The notes under the pieces were generated by a model, which did not search any database, was not told the DNA's origin, and saw nothing but the letters and a program-made list of their open reading frames with translations. From positions 186,001 to 250,000 of the forward strand of contig CATNEN010000030.1 of the NCBI GenBank assembly GCA_950097015.1: a stretch of DNA of 64,000 bases, in the 5' to 3' direction. A program made the position numbers and the translations under genes. Position 1 is the stretch's first letter; every line of letters starts with the position of its first letter. Below, piece after piece: positions 1 to 14,411 of this stretch. This stretch comes from Macrostomum hystrix. Taxonomy: Eukaryota > Animalia > Platyhelminthes.

Positions 1-185
1 AGCTTCATTTCTTCATCTCAAATGTTGGAAAACTTTAACCTTTAGAATTCTTATTAAGTTTAAGATCACAACTTAATTATAACAAAAATACGAGATTAAA
101 ATAGCAATGTCAACTTTCAGCTTTCACGAAGAAACATTGAAGGATTAAAAGCAAAAATATTAATTACGATTATCTGAATCACGAC

Positions 186-606
186 CCTCCCATCTCCCTC
201 TCTCCCATCTCCCTCTCTCCCATCTCCCACTCTCCCATCTCCCTCTCTCCTATCTCCCACTCTCCCATCTCACTTTCTCCCATCTCCCTCTCTCCCATCT
301 CCCTCTCTCCCATCTCCCTCTCTCCCATCTCCCTCTCTCCCATCTCCCTCTCTCCCATCTCCCTCTCTCCCATCTCCCTCTCTCCCATCTCCCTCTCTCC
401 CATCTCCCTCTCTCCCATCTCCCTCTCTCCCATCTCCCACTCTCCCATCTCCCTCTCTCCCATCTCCCTCTCTCCCATCTCCCTCTCTCCCCATCTCCCT
501 CTCTCCCATCTCCCTCTCTCCCCATCTCCCTCTCTCCCATCTCCCTCTCTTCCATCTTCCTCTCTCCCATCTCACTCTCTCCCATCTCCCTCTCTCCCAT
601 CTCACT
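186..606. repeat. 15-bp minisatellite (CTCCCATCTCCCTCT)n, ~28 copies, in the Fat intron
   Basis: Period visible directly; explains the (MGERE)n and (RWERG)n ORFs. Confidence 0.97.
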
Positions 607-2276
607 CATCCATTGAACGGAGTGCAAAAAAAATTGCCAAGATAAGGCTATTGAAAACGCGCAATGCCTGTGCTCTGTGTGTGCTCAGGTTTATTTCGAT
701 ATCAATTAAAAACTGCACAGCTGGCCTGCTGCATGCTTCTGGGTCGTTAAAACCTATTCAACATCCACTTGAAGTCATAAAATGGTCATTACACTCATTG
801 GGCTGGACTGGACCTGTCTTCAAACCCTATACACTACTCAAACGCTCGCTATAATAAACTCAACCCACTTGACTGTGCCGGTTCCAGTAGCCATTTCCTC
901 ACAAACGTCGCTACCTTTTCATAGACTCATCTTTTGCCTTTATAAGTATATATAAACATATGAGCTTTTATTGCCACCATTGGACTATGTTATTGAGTTG
1001 TAAAACAACTCAACTCTAGCAGTGGCTGTAAACTTGAGAACCTCTTCCCCCCGAGTGCAGTTTTGTACCAGCTGACTAGTTTGGTGTTTATGAACTACAT
1101 GCAGAATGAAATACTCGTAGGAAAACTGAAAGACGGAAGAAGGTAGGGGAGATGAGAGACGGTCGAGTAGAGAATATATGGAGATAAGCGAATCGATGTT
1201 CTGCGAGCAAATAAATTTGGTTGGCATGATTTCAGATGATTACATGTGAGCTGGAAAGCGGGGTGGCTTGAATTTGACAAAACGGCAGAAGCAAATTATT
1301 TGAAGTATTGGCAAGCAGGAAATGTCAGAAATAAATGTAGCGTGCATCACTTATCATTCTGGCTGGAAACATTGAAAGCCATTAGACTGTCTAAAATAAT
1401 TTCTAACCAAATGCGAACGTAAGAAACTTTTCAGACAATTGCGGGATCGATTTAGCTGGGCCAGAAAGTGCCTGCCTTCACTACATTTGCTTCGACGGAA
1501 ATTGAATTGATTCGCCTACCTAGCCAGAAATATGAGAAATATGGAGCTCGTTAATGCTTTTGTTTTAGCCCTGGGCGCGTGTGCGGACAGCAGGGTGCAG
1601 TTTGAGTAGAGCGAATTAGTGAGAGTGAAAGCTTCTCAAGCTGGAGCAGCTGCTTGATTGACAGCCCTGAATTGTACTCAGCTCAGCACTCAGCTTTCAC
1701 TGTTCCGCCACTCTTGCTGATTTTTTTTCTGCTGAAATAACCAGGAAAAATAGAATCCATCTGCTAATGTCCTAATTTTATTCTTAGCAACTGGCTCTGC
1801 CATCACCAGCTGACATGCCGAGCGGAGTGGGCAATGGGAGATGGGATAAATGCACATTCGAGAGACCAATTAGTGCAACTGTGTCTGCGGCGCGCACCTT
1901 CGTTAGAGACAGTAAAGAGGGCAGCCCAGATTAAGTGCCCCGGCAGGGCTCAGCCGCGTTGAGAAAGATTTCTCCGTCTTCAAATCGTTTGGGATCTGAC
2001 AGATGCCCGTCAATCTGGGATCCTTAGTCCGCTCCCATTCTCCCGTTTCCTCGCTGCTTTACAGCCTCCCAGCACGCAGTTAGGAGTGTTTAATAAGTGC
2101 CTTGCGGGACTCCCTTAATGCATCAGCCTGGCCTCTTAACACCTGGACTGGGGGCAATAATATTTACTTACACATGCACACACACATGCGTAAAATACAC
2201 CTGCGCGAATCGTTTTGCAAGCTAAATCCCGCCAATTAGTAAAATCCCATCTCCGTCCGATCCCCGTGTCCCGCAG

Positions 2277-3848
2277 ATGCAGACTCTGATGCGTCCTTTA
2301 AGCTGGCCTGGAACAGTCAGCCGGACCTGCCGTTCAGCGTGAACCCGGTCACCGGGGAGGTGACCCTGAGCCGGCCGCTCGCGACAGTCAACAGCGGTGC
2401 CGATCATGCCATCGAAGTCTTCGACTTCATCGTGGTAGCGAAAGATGACGGTGGTAACGCGGCCGACTGTCGAGTCAGAGTTCGCGTGACGCCGCAGGAC
2501 CAGATCTTGGCATTGAAGTCAAACAGCAGCTCCAGCAACAGCAGCAGCAGCGAAGTTGTGATCCAGGAAAACTCATCAGCAATGATGGGCGTCCCCTTCT
2601 ACACGGTCCCATGTCCCTGGTCCGAACCAGGAGTGCGGTTCCAGCTGGTCGCGCCGGCAGCATCTCCGTTGTGGTCCATCAATGCCGCCACAGGCGCTGT
2701 GTCCGCTCGTCAAATGCTCGATCGAGAGTCAGCTGAGCTGCACCGGCTGCGCATCGCCTGCAGACGCTCCGTCGCTGTCGACGCTGCCGTCGCTGAGCAT
2801 GACCTGCTGGTCCGAGTTGGCGACGAAAATGACAACTCTCCTGTCTTCAATGCCGTCGAGATTTCCGTCACTGTCGGGCGCAGCGTCGCCGTCAACTCGG
2901 TGGTGGCGGTGGCGACTGCAGTAGACGCCGATACAGGAGCGAATGCTGCCCTGCGCTACTTTCTGCTGGAAGATCCCCGACGACAGTTCTGGGCCGACGC
3001 CGATACGGGCCAGGTGCGGCTCCGCCGGCCACTCTCTGGACGGCCGCGGCTTCACCGGATCCGGCTGCTGGCGCAGGACAGCGGCCAGGCGGCACGTTCG
3101 GCCTCACTCATGATCAACGTCGAAGTCCGCCGCGAGGCTGGCGACGTCTGCGCGCCGGAATTTCCTCGCGACCGACGCCCACTGGCATTCAGCGTAGCTG
3201 AAGCTCTACCAGCCATCCGCCTGCCGGCCTTCGTTGGTGCTGTTCGCGCCACCGACTGCGATTCGGACGACAACATCATATACCAGATCTTGGATGACAG
3301 CGCGCCTTTTCAGGTGTTGAAGGACACTGGCGAGATTCGAGCTACGTCAACCATCGACCGCGAGTCGCATCCGGAGCCGTTCGTGTTCGTCGTGCAGGCC
3401 TACGACGGCTCGACGCCGCGCAAGAGCGGCAGCGCCACCGTCACAGTGACCGTCGTGGACGCTAACGACAATCGACCAACTTGTGCCTGGCGACATTGGC
3501 AGTTCGACGTCTCGGAAGCCACGCAGCCAGGGGCCTCAATCGGCCGTGTAATCGCTAGAGACGCAGACTTAAACGCCAATGCTGAGGTCAACTTTGAGCT
3601 AGTTGACGCTGACAATATCGACGGCACATTCGCGATCGACGCAGCCGATGGTCGATTGTGGCTGCGAAGAGGCCTTGACCGGGAGGTGCGCGACACCTAC
3701 GACCTGCGAGTGCGTCTAACCGACTCGGGTCCCCTGCCCCTCACCGCGGAGTGCATCGTCCGAATCAGCGTCCAGGATGTCAACGACAATGCCCCGGTAC
3801 CTGCGGCAAAAAGCTTTATATTTGACGTTCCCGTCAATGAAGTAGCAG
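2277..3848 (+). CDS. FAT4: Fat-like cadherin, internal exon (cadherin repeats); upstream exons lie outside the window
   Basis: Acceptor cgcag at 2276, donor CAG|gtgaga after 3848, both phase 1; cadherin Ca-binding motifs DADS, LDRE, DENDNSPVF, DANDNRP, DVNDNAP. Confidence 0.93.
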
Positions 3849-6079
3849 GTGAGAATTAACTTTACTTGATATTGCAGCATCTCCTAAACCAGAAAAAGTA
3901 TTTTGCAAGCCTGCCCACGATTGTATTAGAATTGGATGCTAGAATCCTACACGAAAGTAGGACTATAAAGGAAAAAATCGGTGTGATCCCCATCACATTC
4001 AACTTACATTCCACTTCTACGTTAGCGTATTATAATAGTGTGAAACGGAAGTATCACTTCCGACCAGTACTCACGGAAATTCTACAAGTCCCCCCTGACA
4101 TCTTCCTTCACTCTCGCATAGATCCTCACGATTTTCCTCCTATTTCCTTTCTCGCAACTTGGATAAGGTGTCAGCGGCCTCTTCAAATTTCTCCAACACG
4201 TTTTCGTCTCTTGTTAGCTAGGGCTGAGCTGGAACTTCTCAAGCCTGCTCAGCAATTCAGCTACTCACGCGTCGCATCTGCCTGATGGGCGGGCGGGCAT
4301 GACAGGCCGCCTCGAAGCTGCGAATTCGCAAATCCTCAGACCACCCCGGAAAGCTGAGGGAAGGAATATAGTCCCATTGGGTAGACAGAGAAGGATTAGG
4401 GCAGAAGCCCGCCTTGCTGGGGTACTGATAAACAACTCAGTTCTTATCAGAAATGCGAGTCACACGCAGCTAAAGACAATCTAGAAAAGCGATTCAAACT
4501 ATTTCTTGTGGGACTTCACTATTACTTTATAGTTGTACCCATTGATAAGTGTTCAGCTAAGCAAAAACTATAGATATCGACTAATCCACAGCCAATGACG
4601 AGACACACGTACGTACTGGAACAATGGTGTGCCTCTGTTCTGAATCATTGAAGTTGTCAAAGCTTAACTTTCTAGATAATTTGTTCGGAAATACTTCATC
4701 AAACAGCTCAGTCCGCTGCATTTTGTGCATCATTTTATTCCCTTTCTATTGCCTTTCATTAACTATAGCTCCACCGAAGGCAGTTAAAGAGAAAGCCCCG
4801 TTGAAGAGGATCTATAGACGGAGTAGCATGACTGAGCTGACGGCCTTCCTAGCGAGTGAAAATGTTCCAAACTCATTCCTAATTCCCAATCCATCCCACT
4901 CCTGCTCCAACTTGGCCTGTGTTTCCATCTCATGCAGCATCCTTTCAGCATTCTTTCAGAATTAACAAAGAGCCTTCTATCGCGGTAGTCTCATTGTAGC
5001 ATTCTCAAAATGTGGAGTGGATGCCTCTGAGTAGGGCCATCCCACATTACCTGGCAGCAGCTTATTCAAATACAGATTCCACTTTGATGTTAACTGCCCG
5101 TCAGGGAAGCGGAAGTATCAGAGGACCAGTGATTCACGCAATTTAGTGAGTAAATTTGCTTTACTCTAATGCGTGAATAAACCGGATTGAACGGCTGGTG
5201 TGGCAGTGTCCCGGCGGCCATGGCAACCACAAAAGGCGACACGACTCACCAACCCGGAAACCAGGGCTCTCTCTCTCTGTCTTTATTAACTTTCTCCTTA
5301 AATTAGTCATTGTGAATTGTCGAAAATCATAAAGGAAATCACAATTTATTACAGAACTAGCTGCAATCTGGGCCAGTCTATGCTAATAGGCTCTTATATC
5401 TGGGTCCTTGGGATCGATAGCGACCGGGACAATGCGGAGTTCTCTGAGCACTGCATAACTCCGACGTGCGAAGTTGCGCGTGCAAACTCTAAACTCAACA
5501 CCTTCGAAACAGACGGCTCAATTCACTTTCGGCGCCTCCCACACACTCTCTCTCTTCCTCACTGTCTCTGAGTTGTCTCAGTTGGGTAAACAGACTGCAG
5601 AGCTAAGCAGTCACTGCTGAGCCACACCAAAACTACCGGGCTCACAGATTTAGTGCCAAAAATCGGTGCTGAACAAGGCATGCTAAAAGCGGTAGCGAGA
5701 GTTGGCAAACACACCCCGACTGCAGCAATCTGCGAGCAGTAGGCGAGCTTTTTGATACGGAATAATTTCCTTAGTGGGTGTCTGGTTGCTCACACGATAA
5801 GTCTCCGACTCAAAGCTCTGCTAAGGGGTTAGGTTTCTTAGAAACACATCCCCCTAAGCAGGAGGCCAAGTTTTCGTTCTTATGCCTAAACAATTTCTCG
5901 CCCAGCCTTATGTCATGGAGTCATCTCAATTTACAAAGGCGACTTTCATGAGTTTTGTTTAGCAGTTGTAAAGTAGAGAGCCAAGACACTCTACTTTGAG
6001 TAGTCTCAAGGGAGTCAATGAAATTCTCTATAAACTAAGAAAGAATATAAGCCGTAGGACCTGCCGTTTTTTCTATCAG

Positions 6080-8040
6080 GTGCTCTGATTGGCGGCGTCC
6101 TTGCCTGGGACCCGGACTCTGGCATCAATGGCAGCGTCAGTTATTCATTGCCAGCAAGCGACTCGAGCGGCTCCTCCTCCTTCATCCGGCTGAGTGACTC
6201 GGACCCAGGTAGCGGCTTCGTCTACCTGAGCCGCTCACTCGAAGGCCTGCGACCCGGCCAGTTCGTCAGCGCCGTTGTTTTAGCCGAGGACGGCGGCGGT
6301 CGGCGCGTCCGGATGCCGGTGACGCTGCGAGTTCGTCCGGCGCCGGAAGTCGCGACGTCACAACGAATGCGTTTCAACCAGGAGTCGGGTCACACGTTCA
6401 TGGTCAGCGAGCTCGCACAACCGGGCACCAGCTTGTTGCGCCTATCAGCTACGCTACCGGGTGCCACCTACAGCATTCTTGCGCTGGCAGCCGCTAGCCG
6501 ACGCTCGCCAACGCCGACCTTCTGGCACGCTGGCGGACTTCATCAAGCGATGCTGACTGTCCGGTCAGAAACCGGTGAGCTGACTGTTGGACCTGCCGGA
6601 GTCCAGGATGCTGGCGGCGAGATTCGAGTGGCGGTACGGGCCACCGTGGCAGGCGACGTCACAGCTACCGTGCTGCTCAACGTGCGTGTCATGCCATCCA
6701 GCCAGGCGAGAGCTCGACCCGCCCGGTCACTCTATGAATTTTCCGTGGCTGAGAACCGTTCGCCCGGAACCTTTGTGGGACTTGTCACTCTTGCGGAGCC
6801 CACCACTGGGTCTGCAGCACGTCAGACAACTCGCTTCTCAATCTCTGGCGGCCCATTCGTCGTTGACTCAAGAGGCCGCGTCACAACCACCGAGTGGCTT
6901 GATAGAGAGGCACGGGACGCCTACGAGCTTAACTGCACGATCGATAGCAGCGTGCACGTTGCGGTTCGCGTCGCCGTCCAGGATGACAACGATCGACAGC
7001 CAACTGGCAGCAGCGCCTATTTTAAAGGTTCAGTGCCGGAGAACAGCCCACTGGGACGGCGCGTGCTGCGCATCACCGCTGTGGACGCCGACACTCCAAC
7101 GAATGCGCGTCTCTCCTTTGCGCTGACCAACAACCCAGGCAGACAGTTTGCCATCGACTCCGCCACCGGTTGGGTGACGGTGGCTAGTGCGCTAGATCGC
7201 GAGTCGAATGCGCTCTACAAGCTGGGCTTTTCGGTGTCAGATGGCAAATTCAGTTATGACTCTGAGGCGGAGGTGACGGTGACAGATGAGAACGACTCGA
7301 CACCCGAGTTTCCGACTGACAATTTCAACTTCACGGCTTTGCCTGGCCAACCAGGCGAGTATCAGACAGTCGGCTCAGTCGCGGCCAGTGATGCCGACCA
7401 GCCGGGCACCGACAACTCCCGCCTGGCCTACACCCTGTCCGGCCCTGGCTCAGGACGCTTCACCGTTGACACATCTGGCGTTCTGACAGCTCAGGGCCAA
7501 TTACCACCTGGAGCTGAGTTTCGTCTTCGAGTATTCACCCGCGACCACGGCCAACCAACATCGCGATCCGCCACGGCGCAGGTTCGCATTCGCGTCCTTG
7601 ACGCTGCGCCACCGTCGATGTTGACTGGCCGGCTGGAATCACCGGTACCGGCCAGCTTGGCGCCTGGACAGCCGGTGGCGCAGGTCCACGTTCAAGACTA
7701 TCCGCCAGGAACACCACTTCGATTTCGTCTCGTTAGCGGCAACGCCAGCGAGTACTTTTCTCTGGACGCTTCTACTGGCTGGCTCACAACGCGACACCCT
7801 CTGACGGGATTGCGGCTGGGCAGCGTTTACTGCGCAGTTGTCGACGTGGTGTCTGCCGAGCATCCGCAGCTTGCCGCGCCGTCGCCGACTTTGGTGCGGC
7901 TCAGCATTACAGGCGAAAACCGGTTTAGTCCAGTTATCACACCAGACGCCTACCAGGCCACAGTATCAGAGGAGGCGCCTAGCGGGCATAGACTGTTCTT
8001 GCTGGATGTCACGGATGGAGACAGCGGCATTAATGGAGAG
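6080..8040 (+). CDS. FAT4: Fat-like cadherin, internal exon (cadherin repeats)
   Basis: Acceptor ttttttctatcag, phase 1, joins the previous exon in frame (G-ALIGGVLAWDPDSGING); donor GAG|gttcgc, phase 0; LDRE, DDNDRQP and DENDSTP motifs. Confidence 0.92.
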
Positions 8041-8137
8041 GTTCGCTTTGCATGTTTTCATTTGTTTTATTTAGACATAAAAAAGCTTTTCCCATATCAT
8101 TTACGCAAGAGACGAATTAAACTTATTTTCTCCTCAG

Positions 8138-11100
8138 GTGGACTTGTCAATCATAGAGATTAAGCCTCAAATCAATCTTCAACTCGTCCGCGAGCGGCCC
8201 ACAGCCAGTCGCTGGTCGCTGCAGCTGCTTTCCGGCTTGGACTTCGAGTGGGCCCGTTCACACGTTGTCAGAATGCGCGCTGTTGACCGGGGATTCGCGC
8301 GCCGCACAGCCGAGGCAAGCCTTACCCTGCTAGTGGCGGACGCGGATGATAATCCACCGAGATTCCCGGCAGCATGGCTAGCCGCCAGTGTTTCTGAAAC
8401 CGCTCTGCCCGGTAGCACAGTATCCACAGTTGCGGCTGAAGACGCTGACTCTGCGCCATACAATCGGATTTTGTACAGCATGACTTCTGAGAACCAGTCA
8501 AGCGCGAGTCTGTTTTCCATCGAGCCGTCGACTGGTCTGGTCAAGACCTCAGGTCGATTGGACTTTGAAGCGACGCAGCAACATCGCCTAATCATTATCG
8601 CGAGGAGTCCTGGCAACTCCTACTCCGCAGTCGCGAATCTTCTAGTTCGTGTCCGCAGCGTGAACGAGTTCTCACCTGTGCCGAGCTGTAACGCAGCTGG
8701 AGAGCCGCTCCGCTTCCGTCTAAGTCCTCAAGATCCGCCTGGACGACGGCTTGGACGAGTATCTGCCACCGATGCGGACGCGGGACGGCATGGAATCGTT
8801 CACTTCATTGTTTTGAGCGCTGAGCCACCCAATGCTGCTACCAGGTTCACTGTGAACGCCAGCAGCGGTGAGATTTTTGTCGAGGCTGATCAACATGAGC
8901 CGAATTATCAAGCTCGCTCTCGAGCGCGACTGTTGCTGTATGTTTCGAATCCGGGACCGTACACTGCAAGCCTTGCCTCCCGCTGTCTTGTGCAATTCGA
9001 CATCGACGACGGCAACGACTCGCCAAGATTCTCGAGTCCTCGGTACACTGCCAGCATCTCAGAAGCAGCTTCAATTGGAGCTCGTGTTGCTGTCGTTTCC
9101 GCTATAGACGAGGACCTGACAGAGCCAGACCGGTCCTTCCGATATGCACTGGCCCCGATGAACGACAGCGCAGGCTCCGTGGCACTGCCCTTTGCAATAG
9201 ATCCACAGACAGGCCAAGTAACCGTCTCAGGTCCACTGGATCGAGAAACTATACCTGTGTACCGGCTTGCTGTCTTGGCCATAGATAGTGGAAGGCCCCA
9301 GCTGACAGCCTCAAGCAGCCTGATTATTCAAGTAACCGATATTAACGACTCGGGACCTAAGTTTTCACCCGCAATGCCTTCGCTATCTGTTCAGGAGGGC
9401 CTCGGTCCTGGAGCTCTGGTTGGCCGGCTTGCAAACTTTGTCGTCGACCCGGACGGCCTCGGTCACGGAGCGCCGTTCACCTTCTCACAGCTACGCGACG
9501 AACGCTTTTCTGTCGCATCCGACGGTCGCGTGTTGACGCGGGTGACACTTGATCGGGAAAGCCTACAGCGAGTGCGGCTTGCTGTCCGGGTGACTGACTC
9601 GGGAGGCCTGTCTTCAGAGCTCGCCTTTCAGGTGACAGTGGATGATGTAAACGACAACCCGAGCTCATCGCGGCCTCTCACTGTTCTAGCCTGGCTGCCA
9701 ACGACAACTGCTTCGGGATCAGCGACACAAACCGGGGTGGTCGGACAGCTCGCGCAAGTCATACCAGATGATCCGGACACCACCGGAGCCTACCAATGTG
9801 CAGCGCTTAAGTCCCCTCCAGGCTTGGTCGTCACAGACTCATGCGGCCTCTTCCTGGTAGGTCGATCCGCGCTCAACCATCTAGACGATGCGACTGGGAA
9901 CTCTGCCGGAGGCGGTACTGGAAGAAGCCTAGCGCTCAGTCTGCGTCAGCACGATGGTCGTCATGCTGCAGTTGTGTCCGAGGTCACGGTTGGGATCCAC
10001 GCAGTGCCACCTGAAGCCCTAGCGGCCAGCATTGTGCTAGTATTTGGCGTGCCATTCAACAGAGTCGAACTTGGAATAGAAGACCGGCAGCGCCTCGTAT
10101 CCCAATGGCCTCAGCTGTCCCGTCTACTTCTAGAAGCTTCCGCGGCCAGCCGAACAGTGCTGGTGTCATTGCGAGAGGACGCAAACTTTCTAGGAATGCG
10201 ACTGGCGCTGAGGGACGCGAGAGGCTTTTTAGAACGCTCTGCTGCAATGCGAGCCGTTGCGTCGGCGCGTCAGTCAGTAGAATCGATTACCGGCCTGCAT
10301 CTAGCAGCCATATCTGAACGATTCTGCAACCAATACCCATGCAAGGCTATCAACTCTACTCATTGCCGATACGAGGCAATCGTTCGGCCGGACCTCGGCG
10401 TGCACGCATGGTCCTCGAAGTCGTTGACGCTTGCAGCGCCGACAGTTGAAGACGTCGAGCGGTGCCACTGTCCGAGGGGTTACGCAGGACCGGCCTGCAG
10501 TTTGGACACCCGCGGCTGCAGCGCGAGCCACTGCGCCAATGGCGGCATTTGTCACCGCGATCCGGCAGTCGGCAGCTTCCGCTGCCTCTGCCCCGCCCAG
10601 TACGCGGGTAGTCGCTGCCAATTCGATGCTCAGGAGTGCCGCAGCAATCCGTGCGCCAACGGCGCTACCTGCGAGGAACGACACGGCGGCTTCCGCTGCA
10701 CCTGCCCGACTGGTTGGGCCGGACGACTCTGCGACACGCCCGCCGATTTGTGTGAATCGGGAGCCGGAGCGGCCGCATGTCTAAACTCCGGTGTTTGTGT
10801 GCCCATGTTCAACGCCTTCCGCTGCCACTGCCCGGTGGGTTTCTATGGCCGCCGCTGTGAGACAGCCGCCTGGGGCTTCCCGGAGGGCGCCTACGCAGCC
10901 TACAGACTTCGCCGACCGTCGGAATTCAGCATGACGATGGAAGTCACTGGTGGTCTGGCTGGCGAGTCCCTGCTTGTGCTCCAGCCGTTCTCTGCAAGCG
11001 CCTATATCAGTCTGACCTCGAGTCCCGCTGGCACTACGTTGAGGTTTGTTGGACCCACGTCTCAGGATCAGCCACAAGCTCAGTCAGCGCCGGCCTCGGT

Positions 11101-12795
11101 GGCCTCCGGCTGGACAAGAATCAACGTGACGCGTTTCGGTCAGACGATTGCCGCTAGGATTGCCCAATGCGACTCGGCCACTGGCGAATGTCCCGACGAC
11201 GATTCAGACTGCGAACTGCCCGCCTGCCGCCAGCTGTCCTTCCGCCTTGGGCACGAGGCCGCATCAGAAGGCGGCACAGTGTTCCTGGCGTCCATGCCAT
11301 CTAGCTACGATAGTTCGGTGCGCCCTTCGCTGGCAGGAGTTCGAGGCTTCGTGGGCTGCATGCGACGCTTGGTGACTGGACACGGCTTCGCCGAGTCCGA
11401 GACAGCAACTGCGCCTTTACTAAGCGGCGTCACAAAGGACTCCTGCCCGCGTCCACTGACACCGCCATGCCGCAGGCCTGGAGTCTGTTCTGGGGTCGGT
11501 GTCTGCATTGACGAATGGACGGAGGCCCGCTGCGACTGTCCCGCTGGCACGCACCCTCCAGACTGCTCCCGGCAGCCCCCGTCGGTTGGCCTGGGCCCAG
11601 GTGGTCACCTGACCTTCACACCGAGGCCCCGCAACCTTGAGCAGCGGAAAATTTATCGACGTGAAGTTACTGGACAGTCAAGCGTTTCCTTGAAATTGAA
11701 AGCCACAGCTTTGCACGAAGATCAGCTGGTGCTGTACAGCCGCACATCGCTGACCTCCTTCACGCTGCTGCTGCTATCAGCAGGATCCGGTGCTCCGCGG
11801 CTAATCAGCGTCAACGGGCCGAGCAAGGCTGACTTTGTTTACCCGGAGAAGCTCTCGGCTGGGCGACCGCATTCGCTGACGATTATTCGCTTCTCTGACG
11901 GCAGATTGAGTCTGACTGTGGACGATGGAGAACAAAAAATAGACAGCATATCAAATAGTCACGACTTTCTAGGTGATGACGTAGAGTCTATGACCCTGGC
12001 TGCAGCCGATGTAAGCCTCGACGGTCGGCGATTATCTGGCTTCGTCGGCTGTCTCGCCGAGCTTCGATTCAACGGAATGCCGGCGCCATTGTCGGCCAGT
12101 CTCACCGAGCGATTCCGCGTCGCTGTCGGGGGCTCAGTAAGCCGCGGCTGCAGGCCAGAGGCGTGTCGATTTGCGGCCTGTCAGCGAGGCTTTGCCTGCA
12201 CGGAGGCACCGCTGAGTTGGGGTGGCGTCGTGTGCGCCAGAGCCGACGGTCTTACAGAGGATCAGCTGAGGCTGGCGATTGCCGTGCCAGGAGCTCTCGG
12301 CCTGGCGCTGCTGCTGCTCCTGGTGCTGGCCTGCTGCCTTGTAGCGCGCCGCAGGCGGCGCCACCGCTACAAGAAAAAAACTGGCGGCTCCGCGTCATCC
12401 GGCCTCAAGTCCGGTGCCGGCGCCATCTACTCGACGCCACAGAGTCGGGACGCTGTCGGAGGCCTGAAATCGGGGAGCACAAAGAGCAATCAGGACAGCG
12501 GCTTCTGCGAGGAGGCCCTCATCCGGCGTCATATTCAGAACGAACTAGCGGCGGTGCGGGCCGCCAAACAGTTGCTAGGCAACAGCGCCGAGTCCCTGGA
12601 AGATCCATACGAGCTGGGCCCAGCAGAGCACTACGATCTGGACAATGCCTCCTCAATCGCTGGAGCCGACACTGACGCTGTGCGGCACTACCGGGCCTAC
12701 CGGAAGCCGCAGTCGATGCCCCGACTGGCGGAGCAGCCGAGTCCTTCAAGGCTCTACGAGCGGTGCGGAAGTCTCAGCTCTGAAGAGTATCACAG
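8138..12795 (+). CDS. FAT4: Fat-like cadherin, 4.66-kb exon: last cadherin repeats, EGF repeats, LamG-EGF-LamG, TM helix, start of cytoplasmic tail
   Basis: Acceptor tcctcag, phase 0; EGF signatures CxNGxxC...CxCPxG(Y/F/W)xGxxC; hydrophobic TM (LAIAVPGALGLALLLLLVLACCLVA) followed by RRRRR; tail motif HYDLDNASSIA as I recall it from Drosophila Fat and vertebrate FAT4; donor AG|gtagtt, phase 2. Confidence 0.94.
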
Positions 12796-12911
12796 GTAGT
12801 TCTTTGAAGCACATTTTTCATTGGACTTCATAGAGTAGAGTTTCTAATTCAGATTGACTCAATCAATCGAAACTTTAATTTTTTATGATCTGCTTTCTGT
12901 TCATTCTGCAG

Positions 12912-13329
12912 GCATAGAGCAGTGGCCGCCGCAGCAACAATATCAGCCAGTGGTCCAGCAGCACCGCCGATCAACGCTCTGACACTTGACGACATTCGTC
13001 GAGCCTATCGTCGCAACATCGGGGCCGGAGGCGTCGGCGACTCCAGCTCAGCAGCGTCATGGTACGAGGCTCCGCCTCCGCCGCCGATGCCACCACCAGA
13101 CGACGAGTTACCGCCACCGCTGCCGCCAGGCCGCGGCGGTGTTGGCTTCAACTTCAGCGACATGCCGCAGCCGCCTCCGCCACCGCTGCCTCTGCATGCG
13201 CCAGGCTCCAGCAGGCAGCTGGACAGCCTCATGGGTTGGAATCCGGCCAGCGAATTCCGCCGTCTGGCGCCGGTGTTCTCCGATTTGGGCCACCTGCCGC
13301 CCAGCCGGACTCAGGAGGACTTTGTGTGA
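12912..13329 (+). CDS. FAT4: Fat-like cadherin, last exon (cytoplasmic tail)
   Basis: Acceptor ttctgcag, phase 2, in frame; LDSLMGWNP...VFSDLGHLP resembles the conserved Fat/FAT4 'WGP...VFKDLAxLP' block; ends EDFV* (cf. EEYV/EQYV PDZ-type terminus). Confidence 0.9.
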
Positions 13330-14411
13330 AAATGCCATGAAATTCAACAACTGGCCAGCTTCAAGCTGAAACTGAACTTAGTCTAATATTCTCAACCAGT
13401 GCCACCAAACAAAGCCATCTCGATTTTCCTGATCAACTGGGACTAAAAATTGCATTTCGCCTACTTCTTTAAATCGCTTCAGATTTCTCGCCTAATGTCC
13501 CCCCTATTTTACAGGCAAGTACGAGTAATGTAAGCCCAACAGCTGCTTGGATTTTTGTAATGCTTTTTCGTATTCATGCAGAGTCGGATTAGTTTAACTG
13601 ATTATTGTAGCCTTTGAGCAATCTGTACCCTCTTTTTATTGCTGTACAGTTTTTACCTCGAACTAAAGTGCACAATTTCTTTCTGTGACATTGCTAGCAC
13701 ACAAAAGCTATGAACTTATTATGGTCAAGCCATTTCATTTCAGAATGTTCATTATTGTGTAGCCTGATTTCGTTAAGTGATTCTTTCTCAATTACATTTT
13801 ACTCTCTGATTGAGATTTTCGTAGTGCTTTGCTTCTGGCATACAGTGTTCTCACCGCCTATCCTCTCCCCAATGTCAATCCCAGCTGCATCGTCTGGACG
13901 CAACCAAATTTTGTCACCTCATCGTTGACACTAAGCGAGCATGCAATCAGTCATTCTGAGCACAGCTCTATTTTGCCCTTTTCTGCTACTATGAGTACTA
14001 AAGAAGCGCTTTGTCTGGTTTAAAACAACTTTGGCAAAATAAATGCAACTGTATAGTAAAACTCTAGTTCTAAAATATTGTCAACAACTTGCGTTTAATA
14101 CTTTGTACAAATACATCTGTAGGTATTCATCTTCATCACATTTGTTCCGAATAAGCAAAAGTACTACATGCATTTCGAGCCCTATGTGGTATCCGCAATA
14201 GCCTCAACTGAGAACGACAAGGCTAACCATAGACTACAAATATAGAAAATGATTGTGTTATTTCTCAAGGCCGAGACTTATAAGTTCAATATTCTCGGAA
14301 TACAAAATAAGAAGGTCAAGTGTACACGCACAATAAGCGGCTGCGCTTCGTCTACCGTGCCGGGCAAGGAGTCCTGATCAGAGAAGATTCCACAGCAAAA
14401 CAGTCGCCAGA

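Noticed and set aside
3866-4285. 139-aa ORF at the start of a Fat intron
   Set aside because: Non-ATG start, no recognisable motif or splice context; may be a decayed TE fragment, but I cannot support that
6587-12833. Many alternate-frame and antisense ORFs overlapping Fat exons (similarly within the GPCR exons)
   Set aside because: Typical shadow ORFs of GC-rich coding DNA, with no motifs or splice support
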